From NCBI GenBank assembly GCA_964016885.1, contig OZ024740.1:413416001-413480000 (forward strand): a stretch of DNA of 64,000 bases. Reading direction: 5' to 3'. Below are positions 1 to 13,303 of this stretch, piece by piece. Every line of letters begins with the position of its first letter. Position 1 is the stretch's first letter. Below the pieces are notes generated by a model. That model saw only the letters and a program-made list of their open reading frames with translations, was not told the DNA's origin and searched no databases. The DNA comes from Eledone cirrhosa (taxonomy: Eukaryota). The position numbers and the translations under genes are program-made.

Positions 1-1589
1 AGTAAGTCAAACAACTTCAGTCTTACTCTATATTATCAGGAAGTGAAACAATTTCAGTGTTACTCTATAATATCAGTAAGTGAAACAACTTCAGTCTTAC
101 TCTATAATATCTGTAAGTGAAACAACTTCAGTCTTACTCTATATTATCAGTAAGTGAAACAACTTCAGTGTTACTCTTATATTATCAGTAAGTGAAACAA
201 TTTCAGTCTTACTCTATATTATCAGTAAGTGAAACAACTTCAGTCATACTCTATAATATCAGTAGGTGAAACAGCTTCAGTGTTACTCTATATTATCAGT
301 AAGTGAAACAACTTCAGTCTTACTCTATGTTATCATTAAGTGAAACAGCATCAGTCTTACTCTGTATTATCAGTAGGTGAAACAACTTCAGTCTTACTCT
401 ATATTATCATTAAGTGAAACAACTTCAGTCTTACTCTATATTATCATTAAGTGAAACAACTTCAGTCTTACTTTATATTATCAGTAAGTGAAACAACTTC
501 AGCCTTACTCTATATAATTAGAAAGTGAAACAACTTCAGTCTTACTCTATTTTATCAGTAAGTGAAGCAACTTCAGTCTTACTCTATATTATCAGTAAGT
601 GAAACAAATTCAGTCTTACTCTATAATATCAGTAAGTGAAACAACTTCAGTCTTACTCTATATTATCAGTAAGTGAAACAAATTCAGTCTTACTCTATAA
701 TATCAGTAAGTGAAACAATTTCAGTCTTACTCTATAATAACAGTAAGTGAAACAACTTCATGTTTACTCTATAATATCAGTGAGTGAAACAATTTCAGTC
801 TTACTCTATAATATCAGTAAGTGAAACAACTTCAGTCTTACTCTATAATATCAGTAAGTGATACAATTTCAGTCTTACTCTATAATAACAGTAAGTGAAA
901 CAACTTCATGTTTACTCTATAATATCAGTAAGTGAAACAACTTCAGTCATACTCTATAATATCAGTAAGTGAAACAACTTCATTCTTACTCTATAATATC
1001 AGTAAGTGAAACAACTTCAGTCATACTCTATAATATCAGTAAGTGATACAACTTCAGTCTTACTCTATAATATCAGTAAGTGAAACAACTTCAGTCTCAC
1101 TCTATAATATCAGTAAGTGAAACAACTTCAGTCATACTCTATAATATCAGTAAGTCATACAACTTCAGTCTCACTCTATATTATCAGTAAGTGAAACAAC
1201 TTCAGTGTTACTCTATATTATCAGTAAGTGAAACAACTTCCGTCTTACTCCATAATATCAGTAACTGAAACAACTTCAGTCTTACTTTATATTATCAGTA
1301 AGTGAAACAACTTCAGTGTTACTCTATATTATCAGTAAGTGAAACAACTTCAGTCTTACTCTATATTATCAGTAAGTGAAACAACTTCAGTCTTACTCCG
1401 TATTATCAATAAGTGAAACAACTTCAGTCTTACTTTATATTATCAGTAAGTGAAACAACTTCAGTGTTACTCTATATTATCAGTAAGTGAAACAACTTCA
1501 GTCTTACTCTATATTATCAGTAAGTGAAACAACTTCAGTGTTACTCTATAATATCAGTAAGTGAAACGGCATCAGTGTTACATTATATT

Positions 1590-1798
1590 TGTTTCTACAT
1601 TTAGGCACAAGGCCAGCAATAACCCAGTACATTACTGGTACTATATTTTATCGACCCCGTAAGAATGAAAGGCAAAGTCAACCTCGGTGGGACTTGAACT
1701 CCATCGTAAAGGGACGTAACAATGCTGGAAAGCTAGGCCTCTGATCCTCTAACGATACTGCCAATCCACCACCTACCGATACTGCCAATCCACCGCAT
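1590..1798 (-). mobile_element. tRNA-derived SINE copy 1 (subtype B1)
   Basis: 209-bp insert with B diagnostics CTACATTTAGG, CTCGGTGGG, AACAATGCTGG and terminal CCGCAT. Carries a private AGCTAGGCCT at 1731-1740. Confidence 0.88.
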
Positions 1799-2907
1799 TG
1801 TTACTCTATATTATCAGTAAGTCATACAACTTCAGTCTTACTCTATATTATCAGTAAGTGAAACAACTTTAGTCTTACTTAATATTATCACAAAGTGAAA
1901 CAACTTCAGTCTTACTCTATATTATCATTAAGTGAAACAGCATCAGTCTTACTCTGTATTATCAGTAAGTGAAACAACTTCAGTCTTACTCTATATTATC
2001 ATTAAGTGAAACAACTTCAGTCTTACTTTATATTATCAGTAAGTGAAACAAATTCAGCCTTACTCTATATAATTAGAAAGTGAAACAACTTCAGTCTTAC
2101 TCTATTTTATCAGTAAGTGAAGCAACTTCAGTCTTACTCTATATTATCAGTAAGTGAAACAAATTCAGTCTTACTCTATAATATCAGTAAGTGAAACAAC
2201 TTCAGTCTTACTCTATAATATCAGTAAGTGATACAATTTCAGTCTTACTCTATAATAACAGTAAGTGAAACAACTTCATGTTTACTCTATAATATCAGTA
2301 AGTGAAACAACTTCAGTCTTACTCTATATTATCATTAAGTGAAACAACTTCATGTTTACTCTATAATATCATTAAGTGAAACAACTTCGGTCTTACTCTA
2401 TATTATCAGTAAGTGAAACTACTTCAGTCTTACTCTATATTAACAGTAAATGAAACAACTTCAGTCTTACTCTATAATATCAGTGAGTGAAACAACTTCA
2501 GTCTTACTCTATAATATCAGTGAGTGAAACAACTTCAGTCTTACTCAATATTATCAGTACGTGTAACAACTTCAGCCTAACTCTATATTATCAGTAAGTG
2601 AAACGACTTCCGTCTTACTCTATATTATCAGTAAGTGAAACAACTTCAGTCTTACTCTGTAATATCAGAAAGTGAAACAATTCAGGCATACTCTATAATA
2701 TCAGTAAGTGAAACAGCTTCAGTGTTACTCTATATTATCAGAAAGTGAAACAACTTCAGTCATACTCTATAATATCAGAAAGTGAAACAGTTTCAGTGTT
2801 ACTCTATATTATCAGTAAGTGAAACAACTTCAGACTTACTCTATATTATCAGTAAGTGAAACAACTTCAGTCTTACTCTGTAATATCAGTAAGTGAAACA
2901 GCATCAG

Positions 2908-3144
2908 TGTTACTCTATATTTGTTTCTACTTTTAGGCACAAGGCCAGCAATAACCCAGTACATTACTGGTACTTTATTTTATCGACCCCGTAAGAATGA
3001 AAGGCAAAGTCAACCTCGGCGGGACTTGAACTCCATCGTAAAGGGACGTAACAAAGCTGGAAGGCATGGCGTCCGATCCTGTAACGATACTGTCAATCCA
3101 CCACCTACCTATACTGCCAATCCACCGCCTTGTTACTCTATATT
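2908..3144. repeat. 14-bp target-site duplication TGTTACTCTATATT flanking SINE copy 2 (2908-2921 and 3131-3144); same arrangement at all copies
   Basis: Removing the insert plus one TSD copy restores an intact 37-mer, AGTAAGTGAAACAGCATCAGTGTTACTCTATATTATC. Confidence 0.88.
2922..3130 (-). mobile_element. tRNA-derived SINE copy 2 (subtype A1)
   Basis: Minus strand reads AGGCGGTGGATTGGCAGTAT...GAGTTCAAGTCCCGCCGAGGTTGACTTTGCCTTTCATTCTTACGGGGTCGATAAAATAAAGTACCAG...CCTTGTGCCTAAAAGTAGAAACA. Perfect TSD. A1 marks CCTGTAAC, TGTCAAT, CCTATAC. Confidence 0.9.
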
Positions 3145-4732
3145 ATCAGTAAGTCATACAACTTCAGTCTTACTCTATATTATCAGTAAGTGAAACAACT
3201 TCAGTAATACTCTATATTATCAGTAAGTGAAACAACTTCAGACTTACTCTTATAATATCAGTAAGTGAAACAACTTCAGTCTTGCTTTATATCAGTAAGT
3301 GAAACAACTTCAGCCTTACTCTATAATATCACTAAGTGAAACAACTTCAGCCTTACTCTATATTATCAGTAAGTTAAACAACTTCAGTCTTGCTTTATAT
3401 CAGTAAGTGAAACAACTTCAGCCTTACTCCATATTATCAGTAAGTGAAACAACTTCAGTCTTACTCTATTTTATCAGTAAGTCAAACAACTTCAGTCTTA
3501 ATCTATATTATCAGGAAGTGAAACAATTTCAGTCTTACTCTATATTATCAGTAAGTGAAACAATTTCAGTCTTACTCTATAATATCTGTAAGTGAAACAA
3601 ATTCAGTCTTACTCTATATTATAAGTAAGTGAAACAACTTCAGTGTTACTCTTATATTATCAGTAAGTGAAACAATTTCAGTCTTACTCTATATTATCAG
3701 TAAGTGAAACAACTTCAGTCTTACTTAATATTATCACAAAGTGAAACAACTTCAGTCATACTCTATAATATCAGTAGGTGAAACAGCTTCAGTGTTACTC
3801 TATATTATCAGTAAGTGAAACAACTTCAGTCTTACTCTATATTATCATTAAGTGAAACAGCATCAGTCTTACTCTGTATTATCAGTAGGTGAAACAACTT
3901 CAGTCTTACTCTATATTATCATTAAGTGAAACAACTTCAGTCTTACTCTATATTATCATTAAGTGAAACAACTTCAGTCTTACTTTATATTATCAGTAAG
4001 TGAAACAACTTCAGCCTTACTCTATATAATTAGAAAGTGAAACAACTTCAGTCTTACTCTATTTTATCAGTAAGTGAAGCAACTTCAGTCTTACTCTATA
4101 TTATCAGTAAGTGAAACAAATTCAGTCTTACTCTATAATATCAGTAAGTGAAACAACTTCAGTCTTACTCTATATTATCAGTAAGTGAAACAAATTCAGT
4201 CTTACTCTATTTTATCAGTAAGTGAAGCAACTTCAGTCTTACTCTGTATTATCAGTAGGTGAAACAACTTCAGTCTTACTCTATATTATCATTAAGTGAA
4301 ACAACTTCAGTCTTACTCTAAATTATCATTAAGTGAAACAACTTCAGTCTTACTTTATATTATCAGTAAGTGAAACAACTTCAGCCTTACTCTATATAAT
4401 TAGAAAGTGAAACAACTTCAGTGTTACTCTATATTATCAGTAAGTGAAACAAATTCAGTGTTACTCTGTATTATCAGTAAGTGAAACGACTTCCGTCTTA
4501 CTCTATATTATCAGTAAGTGAAACAACTTCAGTGTTACTCTTATATTATCAGTAAGTGAAACAACTTCAGTGTTACTCTATATTATCTGTAAGTGAAACA
4601 ACTTCAGTGTTACTCTATATTATCAGTAAGTGAAACAACTTCAGACTTACTCTATATTATCAGTAAGTGAAACAACTTCAGTCTTACTCTGTAATATCAG
4701 TAAGTGAAACAGCATCAGTGTTACTCTATATT

Positions 4733-4941
4733 TGTTTCTACTTTTAGGGACCAGGCCAGCAATAACCCAGTACCTTACTGGTACTTTATTTTATCGACCC
4801 CGTAAGAATGAAAGGCAAAGTCAACCTCGGCGGGACTTGAACTCCATCGTAAAGGGACGTAACAAAGCTGGAAAGCATGGCGTCCGATCCTCTAACGATA
4901 CTGCCAATCCACCACCTACCGATACTGCCAATCCACCGCCT
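4733..4941 (-). mobile_element. SINE copy 3 (A2)
   Basis: Same 209-bp insert and TSD; GGGACCAGG and GTACCTTAC variants. Confidence 0.9.
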
Positions 4942-7900
4942 TGTTACTCTATATTATCAGTAAGTCATACAACTTCAGTCTCACTGTATATTATCAGAAA
5001 GTGAAACAACTTCAGTGTTACTCTCTATTATCAGTAAGTGAAACAACTTCAGTCTTACTCTATATTATCAGTAAGTGAAACAACTTCAGTGTTACTCTTA
5101 TATTATCAGTAAGTGAAACAACTTCAGTCTTAGTCTATATTATCAGTAAGTGAAACAACTTCAGTCTTACTCTATATTATCACTAAGTGAAACAACTTCA
5201 GTGTTACTCTTATATTATCAGTAAGTGAAACAACTTCAGTCTTAGTCTATATTATCAGTAGGTGAAACAACTTCAGTGTTACTCTTATATTATCAGTAAG
5301 TGAAACAACTTCAGTCTTAGTCTATATTATCACTAAGTGAAACAACTTCAGTGTTACTCTTATATTATCAGTAAGTGAAACAACTGCAGTCTTAGTCTAT
5401 ATTATCAGTAGGTGAAACAACTTCTGTCGTACTCTATAATATCAGTAAGTGAAACAACTTCAGTCTTACTCTATAATATCAGTAAGTGAAACAACTTCTG
5501 TCGTACTCTATAATATCAGTAAGTGAAACAACTTCAGTCTTACTCTATATTATCAGTAAGAGAAACAACTTAAGTGTTATTCTATTTTATCAGTAAGTGA
5601 AACAACATCAGTGTTACTCTATATTATCAGTAAGTGAAACAACTTCAGTCTTACTCTATTTTATCAGTAAGTCAAACAACTTTAGTCTTAATCTATATTA
5701 TCAGGAAGTGAAACAATTTCAGTGTTACTCTATATTATCAGTAAGTGAAACAACTTCAGTCTTGCTTTATATCAGTAAGTGAAACAACTTCAGCCTTACT
5801 CCATATTATCAGTAAGTGAAACAACTTCAGTCTTACTCTATTTTATCAGTAAGTCAAACAACTTCAGTCTTAATCTATATTATCAGGAAGTGAAACAATT
5901 TCAGTCTTACTCTATATTATCAGTAAGTGAAACAACTTCAGTGTTACTCTTATATTATCAGTAAGTGAAACAACTTCAGTCTTAGTCTATATTATCAGTA
6001 GGTGAAACAACTTCAGTGTTACTCTTATATTATCAGTAAGTGAAACAACTGCAGTCTTAGTCTATATTATCAGTAGGTGAAACAACTTCTGTCGTACTCT
6101 ATAATATCAGTAAGTGAAACAACTTCAGTCTTACTCTATAATATCAATAAGTGAAACAACTTCAGTCTTACTCTATATTATCAGTAAGAGAAACAACTTC
6201 AGTGTTATTCTATTTTATCAGTAAGTGAAACAACATCAGTGTTACTCTATATTATCAGTAAGTGAAACAACTTCAGTCTTACTCTATTTTATCAGTAAGT
6301 CAAACAACTTCAGTCTTAATCTATATTATCAGGAAGTGAAACAATTTCAGTGTTACTCTATATAATCAGTAAGTGAAACAACTTCAGTCTTGCTTTATAT
6401 CAGTAAGTGAAACAACTTCAGCCTTACTCTATAATATCACTAAGTGAAACAACTTCAGCCTTACTCTATATTATCAGTAAGTGAAACAACTTCAGTCTTG
6501 CTTTATATCAGTAAGTGAAACAACTTCAGCCTTACTCCATATTATCAGTAAGTGAAACAATTTCAGTCTTACTCTATTTTATCAGTAAGTCAAACAACTT
6601 CAGTCTTAATCTATATTATCAGGAAGTGAAACAATTTCAGTCTTACTCTATATTATCAGTAAGTGAAACAACTTCAGTCTTACTCTATAATATCTGTAAG
6701 TGAAAGAAATTCAGTCTTACTCTATATTATCAGTAAGTGAAACAACTTCAGTGTTACTCTTATATTATCAGTAAGTGAAACAATTTCAGTCTTACTCTAT
6801 ATTATCAGTATGTGAAACAACTTCAGTCTTACTCTATAATATCAGTAAGTGAAACAACTTCTGTCGTACTCTATAATATCAGTAAGTGAAACAACTTCAG
6901 TCTTACTCAATATTATCAGTAAGAAAAACAATTTCAGTCTTACTCTATTTTATCAGTAAGTCAAACAACTTCAGTCTTAATCTATATTATCAGGAAGTGA
7001 AACAATTTCAGTGTTACTCTATATTATCAGTAAGTGAAACAACTTCAGTCTTACTCTATAATATCTGTAAGTGAAACAACTTCAGTCTTACTCTATAATA
7101 ACGGTAAGTGAAACAACTTCATGTTTACTCTATAATATCAGTGAGTGAAACAACTTCAGTCTTACTCTATAATATCAGTAAGTGAAACAACTTCAGTCTT
7201 ACTCTATAATATCAGTAAGTGATACAATTTCAGTCTTACTCTATAATAACAGTAAGTGAAACAACTTCATGTTTACTCTATAATATCAGTAAGTGAAACA
7301 ACTTCAGTCTTACTCTATAATATCAGTAAGTGAAACAACTTCAGTCTTACTCTATAATATCAGTAAGTGAAATAACTTCAGTCTTACTCTATAATATCAG
7401 TAAGTGAAACAACTTCAGTGTTACTCTATAATATCAGTAAGTGAAACAACTTCAGTCTTACTCTATAATATCAGTAAGTGAACCAACTTCATGTTTACTC
7501 TATAATATCAGTAAGTGAAACAACTTCAGTCTTACTCTATATTATCAGTAAGTGAAACAACTTCATGTTCACTCTATAATTTCAGTGAGTGAAACAACTT
7601 CAGTCTTACTCAATATTATCAGTAAGTGAAACAACTTCAGTCTTACTCAATATTATCAGTACGTGTAACAACTTCAGTCTTACTTTATATTATCAGTAAG
7701 TGAAACAACTTCAGTGTTACTCTATATTATCAGTAAGTGAAACGACTTCCGTCTTACTCTATATTATCAGTAAGTGAAACAACTTCAGTGTTACTCTTAT
7801 ATTATCAGTAAGTGAAACAACTTCAGTCTTACTCTATTTTATCAGTAAGTCAAACAACTTCAGTCTTAATCTATATTATCAGGAAGTGAAACAATTTCAG

Positions 7901-8542
7901 TGTTACTCTATATTATCAGTAAGTGAAACAACTTCAGTCTTACTCTATAATATCTGTAAGTGAAACAACTTCAGTCTTACTCTATATTATCAGTAAGTGA
8001 AACTACTTCAGTCTTACTCTATATTAACAGTAAATGAAACAACTTCAGTCTTACTCTATAATATCAGTGAGTGAAACAACTTCAGTCTTACTCTATAATA
8101 TCAGTGAGTGAAACAAGTTCAGTCTTACTCAATATTATCAGTAAGTGAAACAACTTCAGTCTTACTCAATATCATCAGTACGTGTAACAACTTCAGCCTA
8201 ACTCTATATTATCAGTAAGTGAAACGACTTCCGTCTTACTCTATATTATCAGTAAGTGAAACAACTTCAGTCTTACTCTGTAATATCAGAAAGTGAAACA
8301 ATTCAGGCATACTCTATAATATCAGTAAGTGAAACAGCTTCAGTGTTACTCTATATTATCAGAAAGTGAAACAACTTCAGTCATACTCTATAATATCAGA
8401 AAGTGAAACAGCTTCAGTGTTACTCTATATTATCAGTAAGTGAAACAACTTCAGACTTACTCTATATTATCAGTAAGTGAAACAACTTCAGTCTTAATCT
8501 GTAATATCAGTAAGTGAAACAGCATCAGTGTTACTCTATATT

Positions 8543-8751
8543 TGTTTCTACTTTTAGGCACAAGGCCAGCAATAACCCAGTACATTACTGGTACTTTATT
8601 TTATCGACCCCGTAAGAATGAAAGGCAAAGTCAACCTCGGCGGGACTTGAACTCCATCGTAAAGGGACGTAACAAAGCTGGAAAGCATGGCGTCCGATCC
8701 TGTAACGATACTGTCAATCCACCACCTACCTATACTGCCAATCCACCGCCT
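8543..8751 (-). mobile_element. SINE copy 4 (A1)
   Basis: Same insert and TSD; A1 marks. Confidence 0.9.
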
Positions 8752-9949
8752 TGTTACTCTATATTATCAGTAAGTCATACAACTTCAGTCTTACTCTATA
8801 TTATCAGTAAGTGAAACAACTTCAGTAATACTTTATATTATCAGTAAGTGAAACAACTTCAGACTTACTCTTATAATATCAGTAAGTGAAACAACTTCAG
8901 TCTTGCTTTATATCAGTAAGTGAAACAACTTCAGCCTTACTCTATAATATCACTAAGTGAAACAACTTCAGCCTTACTCTATATTATCAGTAAGTGAAAC
9001 AACTTCAGTCTTACTCTATTTTATCAGTAAGTCAAACAACTTCAGTCTTAATCTATATTATCAGGAAGTGAAACAATTTCAGTCTTACTCTATATTATCA
9101 GTAAGTGAAACAATTTCAGTCTTACTCTATAATATCTGTAAGTGAAACAAATTCAGTCTTACTCTATATTATCAGTAAGTGAAACAACTTCAGTGTTACT
9201 CTTATATTATCAGTAAGTGAAACAATTTCAGTCTTACTCTATATTATCAGTAAGTGAAACAACTTCAGTCTTACTTAATATTATCACAAAGTGAAACAAC
9301 TTCAGTCATACTCTATAATATCAGTAGGTGAAACAGCTTCAGTGTTACTCTATATTATCAGTAAGTGAAACAACTTCAGTCTTACTCTATATTATCATTA
9401 AGTGAAACAGCATCAGTCTTACTCTGTATTATCAGTAGGTGAAACAACTTCAGTCTTACTCTATATTATCATTAAGTGAAACAACTTCAGTCTTACTCTA
9501 TATTATCATTAAGTGAAACAACTTCAGTCTTACTTTATATTATCAGTAAGTGAAACAACTTCAGCCTTACTCTATATAATTAGAAAGTGAAACAACTTCA
9601 GTCTTACTCTATTTTATCAGTAAGTGAAGCAACTTCAGTGTTACTCTATATTATCAGTAAGTGAAACAAATTCAGTGTTACTCTATATAATCAGTAAGTG
9701 AAACGACTTCCGTCTTACTCTATATTATCAGTAAGTGAAACAACTTCAGTGTTACTCTTATATTATCAGTAAGTGAAACAACTTCAGTGTTACTCTATAT
9801 TATCAGTAAGTGAAACAACTTCAGTGTTACTCTATATTATCAGTAAGTGAAACAACTTCAGACTTACTCTATATTATCAGTAAGTGAAACAACTTCAGTC
9901 TTACTCTGTAATATCAGTAAGTGAAACAGCATCAGTGTTACTCTATATT

Positions 9950-10158
9950 TGTTTCTAGTTTTAGGGACAAGGCCAGCAATAACCCAGTACATTACTGGTA
10001 CTTTATTTTATCGACCCCGTAAGAATGAAAGGCAAAGTCAACCTCGGCGGGACTTGAACTCCATCGTAAAGGGACGTAACAAAGCTGGAAAGCATGGCGT
10101 CCGATCCTCTAACGATACTGCCAATCCACCACCTACCGATACTGCCAATCCACCGCCT
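9950..10158 (-). mobile_element. SINE copy 5 (A2)
   Basis: Same insert; CTAGTTTTAGGGAC variant. Confidence 0.9.
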
Positions 10159-13094
10159 TGTTACTCTATATTATCAGTAAGTCATACAACTTCAGTCTCA
10201 CTGTATATTATCAGTAAGTGAAACAACTTCAGTGTTACTCTCTATTATCAGTAAGTGAAACAACTTCAGTCTTACTCTATATTATCAGTAAGTTAAACAA
10301 CTTCAGTCTTACTCTATATTATCAGTAAGTGAAACAACTTCAGTGTTACTCTTATATTATCAGTAAGTTAAACAACTTCAGTCTTAGTCTATATTATCAG
10401 TAAGTGAAACAACTTCAGTCTTACTCTATATTATCACTAAGTGAAACAACTTCAGTGTTACTCTTATATTATCAGTAAGTGAAACAACTTCAGTCTTAGT
10501 CTATATTATCAGTAAGTGAAACAACTTCAGTCTTACTCTATATTATCACTAAGTGAAACAACTTCAGTGTTACTCTTATATTATCAGTAAGTGAAACAAC
10601 TTCAGTCTTAGTCTATATTATCAGTAGGTGAAACAACTTCAGTGTTACTCTTATATTATCAGTAAGTGAAACAACTGCAGTCTTAGTCTATATTATCAGT
10701 AGGTGAAACAACTTCTGTCGTACTCTATAATATCAGTAAGTGAAACAACTTCAGTCTTACTCTATAATATCAGTAAGTGAAACAACTTCAGTCTTACTCT
10801 ATATTATCAGTAAGAGAAACAACTTCAGTGTTATTCTATTTTATCAGTAAGTGAAACAACATCAGTGTTACTCTATATTATCAGTAAGTGAAACAACTTC
10901 AGTCTTACTCTATTTTATCAGTAAGTCAAACAACTTCAGTCTTAATCTATATTATCAGGAAGTGAAACAATTTCAGTGTTACTCTATATAATCAGTAAGT
11001 GAAACAACTTCAGTCTTGCTTTATATCAGTAAGTGAAACAACTTCAGCCTTACTCTATAATATCACTAAGTGAAACAACTTCAGCCTTACTCTATATTAT
11101 CAGTAAGTGAAACAACTTCAGTCTTGCTTTATATCAGTAAGTGAAACAACTTCAGCCTTACTCCATATTATCAGTAAATGAAACAACTTCAGTCTTACTC
11201 TATTTTATCAGTAAGTCAAACAACTTCAGTCTTAATCTATATTATCAGGAAGTGAAACAATTTCAGTCTTACTCTATATTATCAGTAAGTGAAACAACTT
11301 CAGTCTTACTCTATAATATCTGTAAGTGAAAGAAATTCAGTCTTACTCTATATTATCAGTAAGTGAAACAACTTCAGTGTTACTCTTATATTATCAGTAA
11401 GTGAAACAATTTCAGTCTTACTCTATATTATCAGTATGTGAAACAACTTCAGTCTTACTCTATAATATCAGTAAGTGAAACAACTTCTGTCGTACTCTAT
11501 AATATCAGTAAGTGAAACAACTTCAGTCTTACTCAATATTATCAGTAAGAAAAACAACTTCAGTGTTATTCTATTTTATCAGTAAGTGAAACAACATCAG
11601 TGTTACTCTATATTATCAGTAAGTGAAACAACTTCAGTCTTACTCTATTTTATCAGTAAGTCAAACAACTTCAGTCTTAATCTATATTATCAGGAAGTGA
11701 AACAATTTCAGTGTTACTCTATATTATCAGTAAGTGAAACAACTTCAGTCTTACTCTATAATATCTGTAAGTGAAACAACTTCAGTCTTACTCTATAATA
11801 ACGGTAAGTGAAACAACTTCATGTTTACTATATAATATCAGTGAGTGAAACAACTTCAGTCTTACTCTATAATATCAGTAAGTGAAACAACTTCAGTCTT
11901 ACTCTATAATATCAGTAAGTGATACAATTTCAGTCTTACTCTATAATAACAGTAAGTGAAACAACTTCATGTTTACTCTATAATATCAGTAAGTGAAACA
12001 ACTTCAGTCTTACTCTATAATATCAGTAAGTGAAACAACTTCAGTCTTACTCTATAATATCAGTAAGTGAAATAACTTCAGTCTTACTCTATAATATCAG
12101 TAAGTGAACCAACTTCATGTTTACTCTATATTATCAGTAAGTGAAACAACTTCAGTCTTACTCAATATTATCAGTAAGTGAAACAACTTCAGTCTTACTC
12201 AATATTATCAGTACGTGTAACAACTTCAGTCTTACTTTATATTATCAGTAAGTGAAACAACTTCAGTGTTACTCTATATTATCAGTAAGTGAAACGACTT
12301 CCGTCTTACTCTATATTATCAGTAAGTGAAACAACTTCAGTGTTACTCTTATATTATCAGTAAGTGAAACAACTTCAGTCTTACTCTATTTTATCAGTAA
12401 GTCAAACAACTTCAGTCTTAATCTATATTATCAGGAAGTGAAACAATTTCAGTGTTACTCTATATTATCAGTAAGTGAAACAACTTCAGTCTTACTCTAT
12501 AATATCTGTAAGTGAAACAACTTCAGTCTTACTCTATATTATCAGTAAGTGAAACTACTTCAGTCTTACTCTATATTAACAGTAAATGAAACAACTTCAG
12601 TCTTACTCTATAATATCAGTGAGTGAAACAACTTCAGTCTTACTCTATAATATCAGTGAGTGAAACAAGTTCAGTCTTACTCAATATTATCAGTAAGTGA
12701 AACAACTTCAGTCTTACTCAATATCATCAGTACGTGTAACAACTTCAGCCTAACTCTATATTATCAGTAAGTGAAACGACTTCCGTCTTACTCTATATTA
12801 TCAGTAAGTGAAACAACTTCAGTCTTACTCTGTAATATCAGAAAGTGAAACAATTCAGGCATACTCTATAATATCAGTAAGTGAAACAGCTTCAGTGTTA
12901 CTCTATATTATCAGAAAGTGAAACAACTTCAGTCATACTCTATAATATCAGAAAGTGAAACAGCTTCAGTGTTACTCTATATTATCAGTAAGTGAAACAA
13001 CTTCAGACTTACTCTATATTATCAGTAAGTGAAACAACTTCAGTCTTAATCTGTAATATCAGTAAGTGAAACAGCATCAGTGTTACTCTATATT

Positions 13095-13303
13095 TGTTTC
13101 TACTTTTAGGCACAAGGCCAGCAATAACCCAGTACATTACTGGTACTTTATTTTATCGACCCCGTAAGAATGAAAGGCAAAGTCAACCTCGGCGGGACTT
13201 GAACTCCATCGTAAAGGGACGTAACAAAGCTGGAAAGCATGGCGTCCGATCCTGTAACGATACTGTCAATCCACCACCTACCTATACTGCCAATCCACCG
13301 CCT
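13095..13303 (-). mobile_element. SINE copy 6 (A1)
   Basis: Same insert; matches copy 4. Confidence 0.9.

Noticed and set aside
2921-3193. Repeated 90-aa ORF MFLLLGTRPAITQ... as a multicopy gene
   Set aside because: It has a TTG start, is the antisense of a tRNA-SINE running into satellite, and has no recognisable domain. Many differences between copies change amino acids, and B copies have altered frames or stops.
3407-3595. 61-70-aa MKQLQ.. ORFs
   Set aside because: These are chance GTG-started read-throughs of a 37-bp (non-triplet) repeat where variant monomers remove stop codons.
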